A DNA stretch of 64,000 bases from the NCBI RefSeq assembly GCF_008831285.2, contig NC_045138.2, positions 39,556,001-39,620,000 of the forward strand, read 5' to 3'. Each line of letters starts with the position of its first letter. Positions within the stretch are counted from its first letter, which is position 1. This document shows, one piece after another, positions 49,716 to 64,000 of the stretch. The DNA comes from Nymphaea colorata (taxonomy: Eukaryota). A program made the translations under genes and the position numbers. The notes beneath the pieces are model-generated. The model worked only from the letters and a program-made list of their open reading frames with translations. It ran no database searches and had not been told where the DNA came from.

Positions 49716-50492
49716 TTGACAGATTGTTGGATACCAAATGACATATAAGTGTCAAATCATATCGTAGTCAGTTTTAGATTTGGTCAAAAAAATAAAGGAT
49801 TTAGACTGACATCGAATCCAATTATACATAATTAAACGTCGAATTTAGTCATTCAATTCACCCGACTTGAATCCCCGAAACTATGATAGTGTAACCACCG
49901 TTTTATTTATTATAGTGTTTATTCATAATGGGAGGGATGTTGGGAGGTATGTTCCCTACCAATTATCAAGGAGTTTATTAAAAAGGAATCATATGTACAT
50001 AACAAAAAAAGTCGAGCTGCTAACACAACAACCCCTCACAAGTAATAAAAATAACTCGACAAAACCAAGAAAAGACTTGAAATGGCTTCTACTAAAAAGC
50101 ATAATTGAGCAAATAAAATGATAACTTGTGGAGTATCCGTCAAAAGAGTCTGAGCAGTCCCTTGCTAAAAAACTCAATTTCTCATACGAGTTCCTTCTAC
50201 TTTCAATAATAGACTTGAAGCGTCTGATCCATCATTTGTTGTTGGAATTGATAGCAAGGGGGATCGAGCTGGTGAATAGCACCGTTTTCCCTCGCTTGAT
50301 AATGTTAAATTATGCTTCATCTGCATGAAAAACTTGGTCAACAAGCATTTTTAACTTCATTCCAATGTATGGTTCTGAGACGGAGCTCAGAAGGATTAAA
50401 TATGAACAAGAATTGGGTGATTTTAAGGTCAACGTGGCACCAACTCAATCCCTCGACTAAAAGAAATTGAGCTATGGTACACATGAGTCTGT

Positions 50493-50919
50493 TAGGGATG
50501 TCATTAAATCTGATTTAAATTCGAGATTCAACTGAATTGTACAACAAAAGAGGATATGGAAAAAATTCTGACATACTATTAAGAATTTGGAACGGATTAG
50601 ATGTATGAAATGACATCCGATCCGATGTGGATTTGGATTATGATCAGATATATTTTTAAATAAATATCTATTACCCAATATCTATTACCCAAAGGGTTTG
50701 GAATCTGTTCAAAATCAGATTCAGATGTTAATCTAAAAGCCAGATTCATATTTTGGATTAGAATATGGTATTAGATTTTTTTTATCAGGTTTCAAATCAG
50801 AATATATATATATATACATCTGAAAAACGGATATGATAAAGTATATCTCCAATGTGGGCGTCCAGTTATAAAAGATAAAAACAATAATAAAAGAATCCGA
50901 CTCACTCATTTGCAACCTA
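50493..50919. mobile_element. Degenerate hAT-like MITE with ATCCGA/TCAGAT subterminal repeats
   Basis: TAGGGATGTCA...TTGCAACCTA ends and many ATCCGA, GGATT and TCAGAT motifs. No clear TSD. Confidence 0.5.
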
Positions 50920-53167
50920 CCTTTTCTTGTTTTTTTTCATCGGTTGATGCGCCAAATGAAATCATCACCAATGTGCTCCACCCGAGGTTGGTGAGAATAC
51001 AATGACAATTTTGACATGTTGGTCATATGGTTCTCCATACTCTTACTATATTATAATGTTTAATTCATATAAGCCATGTCGGTGATTCAACCTAATAAGC
51101 ATGTTCTTCTCTATATCTTATATGAGGATTTGAGATGGGAGCTCAACCTCTTCCTAAATTGGATCTGAAACATGATGCTTTGTATCGAGGGCTCCAATTA
51201 TTCATTTTTAACTAATAGCATAAGCAAATATGAGCAATTTTTTTTAAAATTTGTATTAGTACTTTTAATTATTTATTTATTTACATATATCGACACTCCT
51301 CAAGGTATGCAAAATTACGAAACAATACTTTGGACTGAGTGAGTAAGAAAAGAATTTTAAGCAGAACCTCTTTTTTTTATGGTACATGGCATGTTTTTAA
51401 TCTCGAGATACCACATCTTCTTTTTGTGCTTCAACTTGCACATCAGTGACCTTCTTGATACTCCAATTATTTAAAACATACAATCTCAATGTTTACAACA
51501 TAGAAACTTGATAATCCAATTATTCAAAGCATAGATTGGCCACCTGCTAGTTTTCACCAAATTCTAAAACCAAAACTTTTACAGTCGCTATATCAAACAA
51601 GACATTGGTGGAAGACAATGTAAAAAGAGAAAGTAACAAGTTTTCGATAAGAAATACTTGCTCGTTGACGTGTGCTGCGGACCGAGACTGGTAGGCCGCG
51701 ATCAAGGCTCGTCCTAATCACAGAGCTGGGTCCAATATTCTGTGGCTCACGCAGCTCAGCCAGTCCAATTGGCTTCCCAAAGACGACGAAATTGGAAAAA
51801 TTTGACGTGGTAGCCAATCACAATTCCCCATTTAAAAGTTTCTCTTCTCCCCCTCGAATAATCCCACAATTTTATTCGTTGATGCTCTTGTTTAAATAAT
51901 TTATCTTTTTCCATTTATCGTGAAAAGCAAAGTTCGGATAAGGTGATTGGCAGCTCTTTTTGTCGCTGACTCAACTAACCAAAGCAGACCCGATCAAGAG
52001 CCCAGTGGCCGTGGGTCCGAGCCCATGGATATAAGGGTCGAGCCCGGGAGCGTGCGAGGGCGCGAAGCCCTTTGATTCGTCCATCTGGATTGCCCCCAGT
52101 TTCATTGTGTCCCACACGACGTAGCGTTTAGGGAAATTTTCTACTGACGGCCAACTTTATCTGCCTAATTCCCGAAAGCGACTGCCTTTTCTTAATTTTG
52201 TTGTACTAATCGGGTAAGGTTCGCCGTCTTATTTCAGAAATATACTTCGCAGTGTTGACAATCTTGGCACTGGCAGCGAATTGTTTTATGGAATGAACAC
52301 GTAAGGTGTTGGCAATATCAGACCTGAAGAACTTTTTTTTTTTTAAATTTTTTTAAAATAAAAGGTTTTAAGTCAACACAATTAGACATATTTAAAAGGA
52401 TAAAAGAAACATTAAAATTGGTATTAATATTTAGCAGTATTGGGTTCGATTTCAGTTCGAAACTATGATCCAACTTATTTAGGGCGGTTGGAGTGACAAA
52501 CATAGGTTGATTCAGGATGATTGAAAAAAGCAGTGAACTACGGGATCGTATCTCTCCTGATGGGTCATTGCGATTACAAGTTGGATGTCTAATTGTCCAG
52601 ACGATAATGATACTATCTTGTACTTAAACCGGACCTATTGTTAGGTTTTTCTAGGTCTAGTGCTATTAAGAAAGGTCCAACTTTCATTATGACATAACAC
52701 CCAAGGCACCTTGATGGTGAGCAAACATTTTAAAAAATCAATGATTAAGGCAGACCGATATTTAAACAAGCAAATTACCAAGAAAGTGTTTAGGTGGCAC
52801 TAATTTGCAAATAAGTAATTTATTTGGGTTTGCCTGGACAGTTTTTAGCACAAACTCTCATGTGCCTGTGCTACTGCCTGTTTGCAACCATTACTTTAAC
52901 ATGTGGGGAGAAAAAGCCAACCTTAGACTTGGGAAGAACTTTTTTTTTTATTTAACTATTTTTTATTAGATTTGAATTGTTGTTCTCCTTTTTTTTTTTT
53001 TTTTCCCTTATCAGTTTTTGTAGGTAAGATGGGCACATGCCCACCTACCCCACTGTATCTCTGCCTCCATAATCCATTAGAAGTGACATTTTACTTTCGA
53101 GTTTAACGTCACAGCTTGAAAAAACACGCAAAATGAATAATTATTAGGGCTTCTTCGGAAATCGTCT

Positions 53168-53335
53168 CCAAAATAGTTGGGCCCCTGAAGAAAAAAAAAT
53201 TCCGTTTCCCCTTTTACGCCGCAGGGCTCGCCGTCGACGAGTTTCCGGCGCATCGCGGGGTTAGGTTTTCGGTCGTACTAACGGAAAGCGGGGACGTTAA
53301 GATACGAAACACACTTAAAAAAGGAAGGCCCAATA
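53168..53335 (+). promoter_or_regulatory. Probable ADNT1 proximal promoter with Site II-like motifs (TGGGCC near 53179, GGCCCA near 53328)
   Basis: Motifs lie in a GC-rich stretch upstream of the CT-rich leader. A telo-box TAGGGTTT lies at 53616-53623. Confidence 0.4.
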
Positions 53336-53486
53336 TGAGGGCGCGAGTGAGAGACTGAGAGTTGTGCGAGCGAAGCCTGAGTTGGGTAGTGAGTCGCCGT
53401 CCGCCTCCACCTCCCACTCCCTCTCTGGTGGCTCGCATTTCTTCACCTTCCGCGGTGGATCTTTTTCATTTTTCTCCTCCGCCGAC

Positions 53487-53510
53487 ATGGTGATCTCTTC
53501 TCTTGGTTGA
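53487..53510 (+). other. Candidate upstream ORF (MVISSLG*) in the ADNT1 5' leader
   Basis: GCCGACATGG start context. The stop ends 120 nt before the main ATG. Confidence 0.45.
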
Positions 53511-53630
53511 GAAGCCGCCGCCGCCGGAGATCTTCTCCTTGCCACGCCGGAGGCTTCCTTTTATCTCGCTCGCTCAATCGACAGTAACTACTGTGTTGTT
53601 CCTCTGTGACGGGGCTAGGGTTTCAGTTTT

Positions 53631-56600
53631 ATGGCTTCGGAGGATGTTGTCCAGAGCAAGGAATCTGCTGTGTCGACGATTGTGAATTTGGCTGAGGAGG
53701 CGAAGCTCGCCAGCGAAGGAGTGAAGGCGCCCAGCCACGCCATTCTCAGCATTTGCAAATCGCTTGTCGCGGGGGGCGTAGCTGGCGGAGTGTGAGTCTC
53801 CTCGTCTCTCGTTTCCTTTGTGCTCCTTGCGCTTTCGTTCGTCTTTTCTCTTCGATTCTAGGTGGCTTTGGCCGTTGACGATCAAGGGTTTTTTTCTCCC
53901 TCGCTCTGATCTGGTGCAGATAGGCGGCGATCGCTTAGAGTTAAGTTTTTATTTCCTTGGAAAATTATGTAGTTATCTCTTTTAGGTCCCGTGTATTGCT
54001 GTGAATCCTCTTTGTGCATCTGTTTTTTCTTCCTATTTTTTTCTGGCCCCGTGTAATTCTTTCTACGACTTATCCTTCTTTTTTCCCTGTTTTGGTCGTC
54101 GTACGGATTTTGCTGGTTATACCTTTCTCAAGGATTTAGAGTATTTGCATTATATTTCTCGTTTTTTCTTTTTTGTAACTAAGTACTCTGTTTAATCTTA
54201 CTTGGTTGCGGCAGTTCGCGTGACGCGCGCTGTTCATTTAGCTATTGTGAGTTCCCCAGCGAATGAGAAGAATGCGTGGAAATCCTTGTTCACTGTACAA
54301 GTTGTTTCCTTAGAGACGGTAGCTGCGACAAGCTGCAGCTATTTAGATCGTGTTTCTCTTATTGCATAGTTGCACTGTCTATTTGGTTTAACCGATTAAG
54401 AGACAATGAAAAAGACATGTTACAGTTTGTCAAGGAACATCGTGCCTGAGAGTTATTAAATACAGTTCACTAGGCGGCGGTCTTATTCCCGGTTGTTGTT
54501 GTCTTTTTCCTTTCGAGAAGTTATTATCCTATTCTTATTTCATCTTATTGTTCCCCTTGGAATCCTATTCCTTTTCTTTAGCTATATATGAATCTCAAAC
54601 TATTGATCAACCCGCTCTTGTGATCTTAAGTATTTCAGTGAGTTTTACCCTTTATTTTTGTCTTGGTATAATTGCATCGAAATGTTCTGCAGCAGTCTCT
54701 TGTTGTGTTTTTTTGGGAAAGCCTGATGGGTTGGACTTCCTGATTTTCTTGTCAACATTGTTCAGTTGATGGACGTTTCTTATTTATTATTTTCTAACCT
54801 AGTGATTTTTGTTGTTTGGTTTATACCATTTTGGTTCTGAAGGGTTGAAAATCTAAATTTATAAGTTACTGTCTCATAGCGGTGTTTATTTTCTGGATTT
54901 CATGGTGTACCAAATATACTGCTTTGATAATGTTTATCTCTAGTTAATGTCAACTTGTGGCACTTAATGATAAACCGTACTTCATTGCAAATTTGATTGG
55001 CAAAGGCTACATTGTCTATTGCTTCAAAGAACTATAAAAAATGGGTGGAACAAATTTAAGAACCATATGAAGAGATACAAAAAAATTTAGAATATTTGTA
55101 TCTGATCTATAAACATTTTTTTTCCCTTACATTCTGAAAAGTGAAAAGTGTAGGTGAATTCCACGTTGCTCAATGGATCCTTATAAACCTACCAAAGATG
55201 CTTTGAACTATTTGAATATTGAGGCTGGGTGAACAAACAACCACAGATCATCATGCTTTTTGCACAGGGTTCGCTTTAATGAGCTTAATTGGTAAGTTTA
55301 ATGTGAGATTGTGTGCAGAATTCCAATCTCTCTTTTTCAGCAAGAATTTTACGCAATTGATGTTTGTAAAGTTTACCCATTTGAGGAATTTAATTGAAAT
55401 TAGGCAGTTGATGCTTATGAATAGAGTGTTTACTATAAAGGAATGGTAGCTATCATTTCAAAAAGTGTAATAAAATAAAAAATATAATTTAGTATGCATG
55501 TCTGTCAGACGATATTGGTCTAAACCCTGTGGGTGACGTATTCACATGGCTGCTAGTCCTTGAATCTGTTGCTGCTGTTTAGTTCCATGTAGATGGGTTT
55601 GTTGTGCTGAGATAATGTGGCTTGTATGCGAGAATGTGTGTTTCATGATTTCATCTGCTGCCTGTGTGATCTATTTTTCTTTGGTAGGCTTAGAACTCTT
55701 GGTTGTGCCTACTACTCTAATTTTTCTTCTGGTAAACTGATAAGATCACTAATCTTGTTACCTTTATTTGGAGAAAAGCGCAAAAGCGGTTCTCTATTTG
55801 AAATTTTGAATAACTTGTTCGCTTTCGTATGATTGTACTAATTGATAATTTTTTCTTGTTTCATTTGTATTTATTTTAGTCAATTGTGATGAAATGCTTA
55901 TTGACGCAAATGGGAATAATATATAAGTGGAAATGCTTTTGTGATTTTGTCTATTATTTTTGACATTTACTCTGTTAATTGGAAATGGTTTTTGAAAGCT
56001 GAATGACTGTCCATTTTGGTTATGTATATGACTGTAGTTGTTTTTTTCTTTTGGCTTTTTTTTGTTTGGTTTAAAATTCAATAGTGATGATTGATTTTCA
56101 TGACAGGTCACGAACTGCTGTTGCACCTTTGGAGCGTTTAAAAATTCTGCTCCAGGTAGTTTTACGGGCCTTATTTGCATCGATTGTTAATCATTTTGTT
56201 GGTAGCATCACTGAAATGCTTGTTATATCCTTTGTTCGATGTTTTAAATCTTGGCAAAGCACTTTTGGAAGATCTGTTGATGGTCAATGTGGTTGTTAAT
56301 GGGTTTCTTTTCTTACTTTGTTATACACTAGCAATACTTGACCATAGCTTGTCAGTGACATCCTCTCTAGGAAGTAGTCGAAAATGACCCATCTTGATTC
56401 TTAGTTCCACTCTCTTAAATGTAGTAGGTGAAAGGCATTCTTAGTCCAGCCATACTTATTTTATTAATTACATGTTCATGTTTGAGTAGAATGTGAAGTC
56501 AATAGAAAAGAAGAGCGTGATGTTTCCAAGAAGTTGAATGAATCTAAGTACTTGTTTATCTATAAAATTAAACAGTTTATTATCTATTATTCTATGATAG

Positions 56601-59600
56601 AAGCTCCAATACATTGAGTAGAGAGAAGGAAAAGTCCTTGGTTAATAATGATGTCATTGCATTAATGAAAAATGAATTGTTTATCCTTCAAGAATAGGTT
56701 TGCTTAATCTTTTGATGTTCCTTTGTGTCCCTAAGTTATAATTTAATTTTGTATTATTGAGATTTAATCCTAATAAGTCTAAGTTGGTTGTTAACTGACT
56801 TGTGTTGTCAATTTGCAACTAGTTAGTCATTGGTTGTTAACTGACTTGTGTTGTCAATTTGCAACTAGTTAGTCAAACTAGTCGGCTAGTTGTGCTAGCC
56901 AGTGGTCAAATGATTAATCCCTGACCTACTTATATGTCTTCTTTGTATAGATATACATGCTTTTGTATAATATATGCTTAATTACTTTTAGTCTAATGAC
57001 TTGTCCAGACTCAGACGGAGTAGTCCTGGCTAGTTCTTTTAAGGCCTTGAGTAGCCTGTATCTAACTTCTGGGTTGGCAAATTTGGGATTACTCATGGAA
57101 TATTTAGGAACTTTAGGAATTCGTAGGAAGGAATATTTTTCCCTCGCCATCTCAATACTCATTTTGACTACAAACGGGAAGGCTAATTGCATTTTCCCGA
57201 GTTCAAGTGAAGAAAACCCCTTTTTTTAAGCTGAATTGGGTATTTTCTATTCCTCATTGGACTGAATTCATTACTTGCTGGCAGTTGGGCATTAATTTGA
57301 AGTCATATATTGCAAAGTTACTTGATAGAGGACTCTATTATGTCAATTATCAACAGTACATGCCATGCTCAAATTATTGTTTGTTTCAGTTTTTTGATGG
57401 TTTAGATAAAATGCAAATTTTTGAGTTTTTTGTCTTTTTTGAATGAGCTGTTTTCCTGTTTTTTGTGACAATGGATAATTGATGTTCAAATCAAGAATGA
57501 TGCTATTTAAAACAATTCAGATAATTGTTTGAAGGAATTTAAGAAACATTCACCATCATTTGAAAGAGTAAGCTTGAACCTTATTTTTGTACAACTGATG
57601 GAACCTGCCAACAGTTGTATGGTGCTGCAATTTTCTACAAGTGAAAACTCGTAGCTGATAAATTCCTCAATGATGATGTATATGCTTGTATACACTATAC
57701 GGTGGATTATCAGGTAGGCACAATTTTTTTGGTATATTACTTAGATAAATATTAGTGTCAAGTTTCAACCTTTGAGTATTCATGGAAATCTGCCATTTCA
57801 CTTGCAACCTTTTTGGTCACAATGTGGTCTTCAGCATCATGTATGAATGTGATAGTTACTGATGCTAATAATTTTTTGAACAGATATTGTTTGAATTGTT
57901 TTGAGGTGTGTCATGTAACACTTGCAATCTTTTTGGTGCCAGTGTTTTGCCATTGACAACTTTCCAGAAGATATTGAACTCTAGAACCTTTAGCTGCAAA
58001 GTTGTGAAATGTGTAATGTAAGTTGTAACCATATTGGTCGAGCCCAAAGTTAGATACTTAATGTTATATAATATAAAGGACACAAAACAGTGCAAATTAG
58101 TCTCTTGGTATTAAAAATTCAATAGATTTTTTTTAAGTAGAAAAAATACAAAGTAATGAAAAAATTAGGGGAAAAAAAAACTCTATGAAAAAGCTTGAAT
58201 TGTATATACTCAAAGAAATAGCAAATATATATCTACAGGCTATAACATGCATGCTTTCATAGAAAAATAATCGAAGTTGACCACCTAAATTAATCCCAAT
58301 ACTTAAATGTGTGTCAAAATAAATAAGTTTTCATTATGTGACATACTCATAGTCGTTGAAGTCTTTAGGCAACTTATGGTCACAAAAGTTGATTTTTTTT
58401 TGAATTTTTGAGAATAAACATCAAAATTTGTAAGAGAAAGCTCTATTTTTATTGCATGAAATCAGTTTTTCTTTTAAATTAATTTCAAATGTGTAAGAAT
58501 GTCTTCCATCAAACATGATATTCAATCTTAAGAAATTCATGTAACTTTAAAATAATAAAAACTTTTTCTGACATTTCTTTTTCTATTTTCAAGGTGCGAT
58601 GTAAGTTACACCTCATATTACATGGCAATGTACTATGCTAATTGCAACACTGTTCAGCTGGACAGGTAATAGCATGGATGTGATGGCTAATGAGTGTTTC
58701 TAAACAATATCTTCTTAAATTATGTCTAAAACATATATGGTTAGAAAATCATTACAAATGTACCTCGGGTTGGGAGAGCCAAGCAATAAATAAAAGACAG
58801 CAAGCAAAATCTTCTTATGTCTAGAACATGTGTGGTTAGGAAACCTTAAAATGTATGTCTTGTTGGAAGAACCAAGCAATAAAACAAAAGATCATGATGA
58901 GGTTGATGGAATTTGTTAGAATCTGGGAGGATGGTTTACACAACAAAAAATTTGCCTTAGCAACTTCTACTGTTTATATAGGTAACTGTGAGTTCTTATC
59001 AGGATATGCAAAAGAGTTTTTTGTCATTTATGGGTGTTCGTTTTCTTGGTCAGAGGCATTCTAAATTTCTCACTATTTTATTTGTTATTTTTGCTGAAAG
59101 TTTCTATACTTTTGTCTCAATGTTCTTATTTGCTTGTAACTGATTTCTGATCGTGCTAAAAATAGGTACAAAATCCGCACAACATAAAGTACAATGGCAC
59201 CATTCAAGGGTTGAAATACATATGGCAGACAGAAGGTTTCCGAGGGCTATTTAAAGGAAATGGAACCAATTGTGCACGCATAGTGCCAAACTCTGCTGTT
59301 AAGTTCTTCAGCTATGAGCAGGCATCTAGGTACTAAAACCAGGCCTTTCATGATGGATAGCAGTTATATTTTATTTTTTGCCTGGGTGATGAATATATTT
59401 TCCAGTATTTGTAGCAATAATTTTTCTTCTTTTGTTGAATTAATTGCTTATGTAACCTCATGTAAGACTTTTGGACTCAGCCACTCAGGGAATCATTTAG
59501 GTTACACTTACATTGGAATATAGATGGCTTAGTGCCTTTGTAATTAATTTAGTCCATACGTACCGTCAACATAAGTATGTGCTTCCTTTTTGGGTGTGGA

Positions 59601-62600
59601 TAATGTTTGATACCAACACCCTAAACAAACATGGTCATCTTAGGTTAGCTGGCTGTCATTTTGAATGTAGAGGATGATGATATTGATAGCTTTCTAATTT
59701 CTAAGGTCAGAATATGAACTGAGCTGAGAGGAACCTTGTCTAGTTGTATACCATAAATGAATGGTGAACTTATGAATCTTTTATGAGATTCTATAGAAAA
59801 CATTGTGAAGCAGATGTGCATTTTTGTATGCTATTTAAGATTTTATTTGACAATGGACAAGCTTCCTTTTGTTCTCTCTCTCTTTCTGTGCGTACCTATA
59901 TATGCACTATGCATCTATGTGTGCTGATGTAGTTGTTCTTGTTTATACGTAGATTTCCTGTAATGCTTTCAAGTCACTAGTTAATGGTGTGAGAATACTT
60001 GAACCAGTTCCATTAGGGAAGCTACTTGTTCTACAGAGGCAACTTTTCGCAGCATATGCAAGATCTTCTCTTTTTGCTGATTCTTTGTTGTAACATTATA
60101 CATTTTGGATGTATCAGATCACTTTTTTTCTAATTCTAACACTAGTTGTGTACACCTACCTACATGCTGTATGACATGCTTCCCTTGGTATTTGAATGGC
60201 AAGTGATAGAAATGTTGTCCTAGTGTATGACTCTTTAAGTGGTCCAACACTGCTTTAGTTTCCAGGTTCTCCTGCAAAGGCCACTAGGCGATGCTACCGT
60301 AGCATCAATGTCCTTTAATGGTTCTGTGATGCAATAACGTTGTCATCCTTTATCACTCTCTTCTAGTTTATGTCCTGCTCAAGTCTTGCCTATTTAAACA
60401 CCCATTCAGGCTCCTCGTTGGCAGTTGTACCTTTTGCACCTGTTATTATTGTAGCGAAATCTGTATTGCTTTTTCAGACTCCACAATTTATTTTTTTCAA
60501 GCAAATAACTTGTGTTTAGCTTCTTGTTCTTCATATGGTTCAAGTTAGACCCTTAGAGTGATGATGGATTTTTTTTATTCATGTTTGTTGCTGCAGAAGT
60601 AAATGTTGGGTTTGTAGGAACTGTACTTTTATGTTAACTTTGCTTGTTCGTATGTGCTCTCCTCAACTTAATCATGCAAGAGGGAAGTACGTCTGAAGTT
60701 ACTGTATGTTGCTACGTATTGCATACCTCTATAAAAATGAATAGTGGGTCACTATTTTGGTCATCTTTGGGATAACTAACGGCCACTTTTATCCTTTTTC
60801 AAAGAATTGTGATGTGGAACCATATAGTCAGCAAAAGTAATTTTCTATCTTACTTAAAACAATTTTTTTATTACTGCAGTGGAATTTTATGGTTTTACCG
60901 GCAACAGTCTGGCAATGGTATGGACCTTCTTTCTTTGTCTATCTTGATTCTTTATATTTGTTTGATTATTAAAAATGAGAGAAGGAATAATGCATGAACT
61001 TTATAAGATGTTCACTTCTGTTGCTGTAACTATAACTCCATGATAAGAAATTCATGGTGGATGTTAGATAAGTCTTCCTGATTTAACTAGAAAATATATC
61101 CTGATGATACCTTAAACGATTTTTTTGTTTTTTTATATTTGAAAGATGTCTAGCTGCCTTCTTATAATATTATGGCTGTGTATTTCCAATTTCTCAAGGA
61201 ACCTTTTTCTGCGTAGGACGTCTGACCTTTGTTGTTTTCACGAAATAATACTAAAACATCAATAAGGACTGGAGGGTTGGTCAGAGATTCAGAATCCTCT
61301 AGTCTTCCTGTTTCTTAGGATTCCATCAATATCAAAGTTTCTGTGAAAAAAATGCTAGACTTTAGATAGTTGGGCACAACATTAATGTTACACGAGTTCA
61401 GCACATTAACCTGGACAAGTCTGTAAATATCAAGTGGCTTTTTGGCTGAGGACAGATAAATGAACTACCTCACTGCAGCGAGTAAGAGTGGCGAACTTAT
61501 TTGGATTGAGAACATGGAAAGTTTCTATCTTACTTCAGAAACCGAAAGTGTATTACTGTTTGTCATGGATGGAGATTGATCACCCATTGCCATTTATTTA
61601 TAGTCAGCTTGCTCTGTGCATTGGAAAGAAAGGTAGATGGGGTATTGAAGCAAAAAATGTTCCTACCTTTTCATGACACTGCATGCTTTAGTGGAAGAAA
61701 TGGGTATTTTAAGAACAAATTTCATGGTTGGAGCCTTATCTGGCAAAAATCCTGACTGGTTGGCTGGCTAGTTCAACTAGTCGGTTGAGGAGATGCTTAT
61801 CAACTGACTTGTCTTTCAAACAATGACTTGCTGTTCAAACTAATTAATTGGTCAGCCTCGTAATTGGTCAGCTGACTAATCGTTGGCCTATATGTGCATT
61901 CTTTGTGTGTGTGTGTATATGTTTCTGTATTCATTTCCATATAAACATGTATATTTATTTACTTATATTTAATATACTTGGACTGAGTAGTCATTTTAAG
62001 TCTTGAAAGGCCTGTGTCCGACTTCCAAGTTTGACAACTTAGGTCGGAACCTTTTGGGTCCTGCTTCTCTATGCTTATTTTGAAATACCTGGATGTTTCA
62101 GGGGTGAAAATTGTTTTGCACATAACTTTCTTGATAAGTTCGTTTGATATTTTTGTTTTTGGCATTCTGGTTTTCTTTTATTCCCCTTTGGAGCTTACTG
62201 ATTGGTATATACAGTTTTGCTGAGTTATATAATGCACATATTGTTATTTGCCATGAATTTGATGGCTTTATTTTGTTTTTATCTGCTTTGGCAGAGGATG
62301 CACAGCTCACTCCAGTTTTGCGTCTTGGGGCTGGAGCATGTGCAGGCATTATTGCAATGTCTGCAACTTATCCCATGGACATGGTTCGCGGAAGGCTGAC
62401 TGTTCAGGTCCTTAATATTTGCATTTTCTGCTCAAGTTTACCCTTGATAAAATTTGCATTTTCTGTTATTGAATGCATACTATTGTCCCTTCCTTGTAAT
62501 GTGTAATGGTTCATGCAGACGGATAAGTCTCCATACCAGTATAGGGGAATGTTTCATGCATTGTCAACTATCCTACGTGAAGAAGGTTTTCGAGCTCTAT

Positions 62601-64000
62601 ACAAGGGGTGGCTTCCTTCTGTCATTGGAGTGGTTTGTGAAATCTTTCTCCTTATTGTCACAGATTGTACCGATAATCTGCAATTCTGGATGGTTCAATA
62701 TTTTGTCTTGCTTTACATATCAACGCCTTGCAACATTCTGATTGTTTTACAGAGGAAGGTTGCAAGTCTATTCTTTCATGCAGAACATTTGAGTGATTAG
62801 AACATGTAAATAGTAAATATAATAAAATGGTATTTCCTCAATGTTGTGAAAATCTATTTATCTTGTCTGTTCTTACTATCTTGTATTAATATATTACAAC
62901 CGTACTTCCACCTGCTTGTCTCTCTAATACATGAATAGATTGATGACTATATTATCACATTAATAGAAGTTTCTGTTACATTCTTGGTTAAAAGATTAAA
63001 ATGTCATCCAAAAGAAATTTCTTTTTGCTCCACATTTATTTGAAGTAAGAGACAAAAAATCAGCCAATATTTGTGCTTTGATTTTGGACTAGTTATCTAG
63101 TCACTGAAGAAGTCAAACCTAAATTCTTATGGTTAAATAGTTGGTTAAGATATAATAACTAATGGGCTATTTTGGATAAAAGGGTAATTAACAAGGTGTT
63201 CATGACCTTTGATAATATTTTGACTAGTGATGTAAAGGTGATTAGACATTCTTTAGTAATGTTAGGCAACTTTAGCGAGAGCATAATCGCTTTTGTACTG
63301 TGGAGGGGAAACCTAATAGGAAAATAAAATCAGGACATGCCTATTAAGGCATTCAGGTGTTTTTGCTTAAGATGAAGGATGAAGATTATTGTCATTATTT
63401 TGATGCCATTTGGTAGCCATAATATTATTTCTACCTTTTTCGATGATAAAACAAGTTCAAAATTTGTTTGGGTGTCTTTTTAAAGTTCTCTACTATTTTT
63501 GTAAATAATATAAAAGCAATATATTTTGACATTACAAAATTGTTCTCTTATGAAATCTTTGGTGTAATGACATGATTGACCTTTTATCTATCATTGTTCT
63601 TTTGTATGGTTCAATTATTTTTTTTGTTTATTAATGAAAAAGACCATTGGTTTGCAAAGCGTAACTTAATGAATAACATTTGGTTTCACCTGAAATATGT
63701 AGTTTGTGACTGTTCAGGAGTTTGATTTGCAGTCTCATTCATCACTAGCTTATACAAGTCTTTAGCCTATTATGACTTGTTCCTTTTATTTCCACAGGTT
63801 CCTTACGTTGGACTAAACTTTTCTGTATACGAGTCTTTGAAGGACTGGTTAATCAAAACAAGACCTTTTGGGCTTGTTGAGGACAATGAACTAGGTGTGA
63901 CTACAAGGCTTGCCTGTGGAGCTGTAGCTGGAACAATTGGACAAACAGTTGCATACCCACTGGATGTCATTCGTAGAAGAATGCAGATGGTAGGCTGGAG
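53631..64000 (+). CDS. ADNT1: Mitochondrial adenine nucleotide carrier ADNT1-like, 3'-truncated by the window; exons 53631-53791, 56107-56155, 59166-59329, 60880-60917, 62295-62407, 62519-62632, 63798->64000
   Basis: MASEDVV...STIVNLAEEAK...SICKSLVAGGVAGGVSRTAVAPLERLKILLQVQNPHNIKYNGTIQGLKYIW...GNGTNCARIVPNSAVKFFSYE...ATYPMDMVRGRLTVQ...AYPLDVIRRRMQM. GT-AG introns with consistent phases. Confidence 0.95.
56784..56875. repeat. Perfect 46-bp tandem duplication in ADNT1 intron 2
   Basis: TTGGTTGTTAACTGACTTGTGTTGTCAATTTGCAACTAGTTAGTCA twice. Confidence 0.92.

Noticed and set aside
52109..52300. GTCCCACACG resembling the plant snRNA upstream sequence element, with a downstream GCCTTTT like U5 loop I
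   Set aside because: The element is imperfect, there is no proper TATA box, and the downstream sequence does not match any snRNA I can recall. An Infernal/Rfam scan would settle it.

Overview
This is plant (angiosperm) nuclear DNA: AT-rich, with spliceosomal introns and many transposon relics. The species cannot be fixed from the sequence. I reconstructed five host genes by hand from splice sites: (1) a single-exon 87-aa conserved small protein with the FQMPLHYPR motif (2309-2572, -); (2) gamma-tubulin, 11 exons, 474 aa (16573-25098, +), which needs two GC-AG introns; (3) an AGP16/20-type arabinogalactan peptide, 2 exons, 104 aa (36244-37368, +); (4) an MTM1/SLC25A39-like mitochondrial carrier, 10 exons, 401 aa (40313-46552, -); (5) an ADNT1-like mitochondrial adenine nucleotide carrier (from 53631, +) that runs off the window end. 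Mobile DNA includes a 4.0-kb decayed, internally deleted Ty1/copia element (10208-14227) with a CTGAA target-site duplication (TSD) and TA...CA LTR ends, L1-type LINE remnants, Tourist-like and hAT-like MITEs, short tandem duplications and microsatellites. I found no convincing new multi-gene system. The best leads are a four-cysteine matrix loop in MTM1, the two GC donors in gamma-tubulin, the copia element's unusual ends and GC-rich leader, and a strong-context uORF upstream of ADNT1. Most ORFs in the supplied track are spurious. All alignments and family calls were made by eye and from memory, with no database search.
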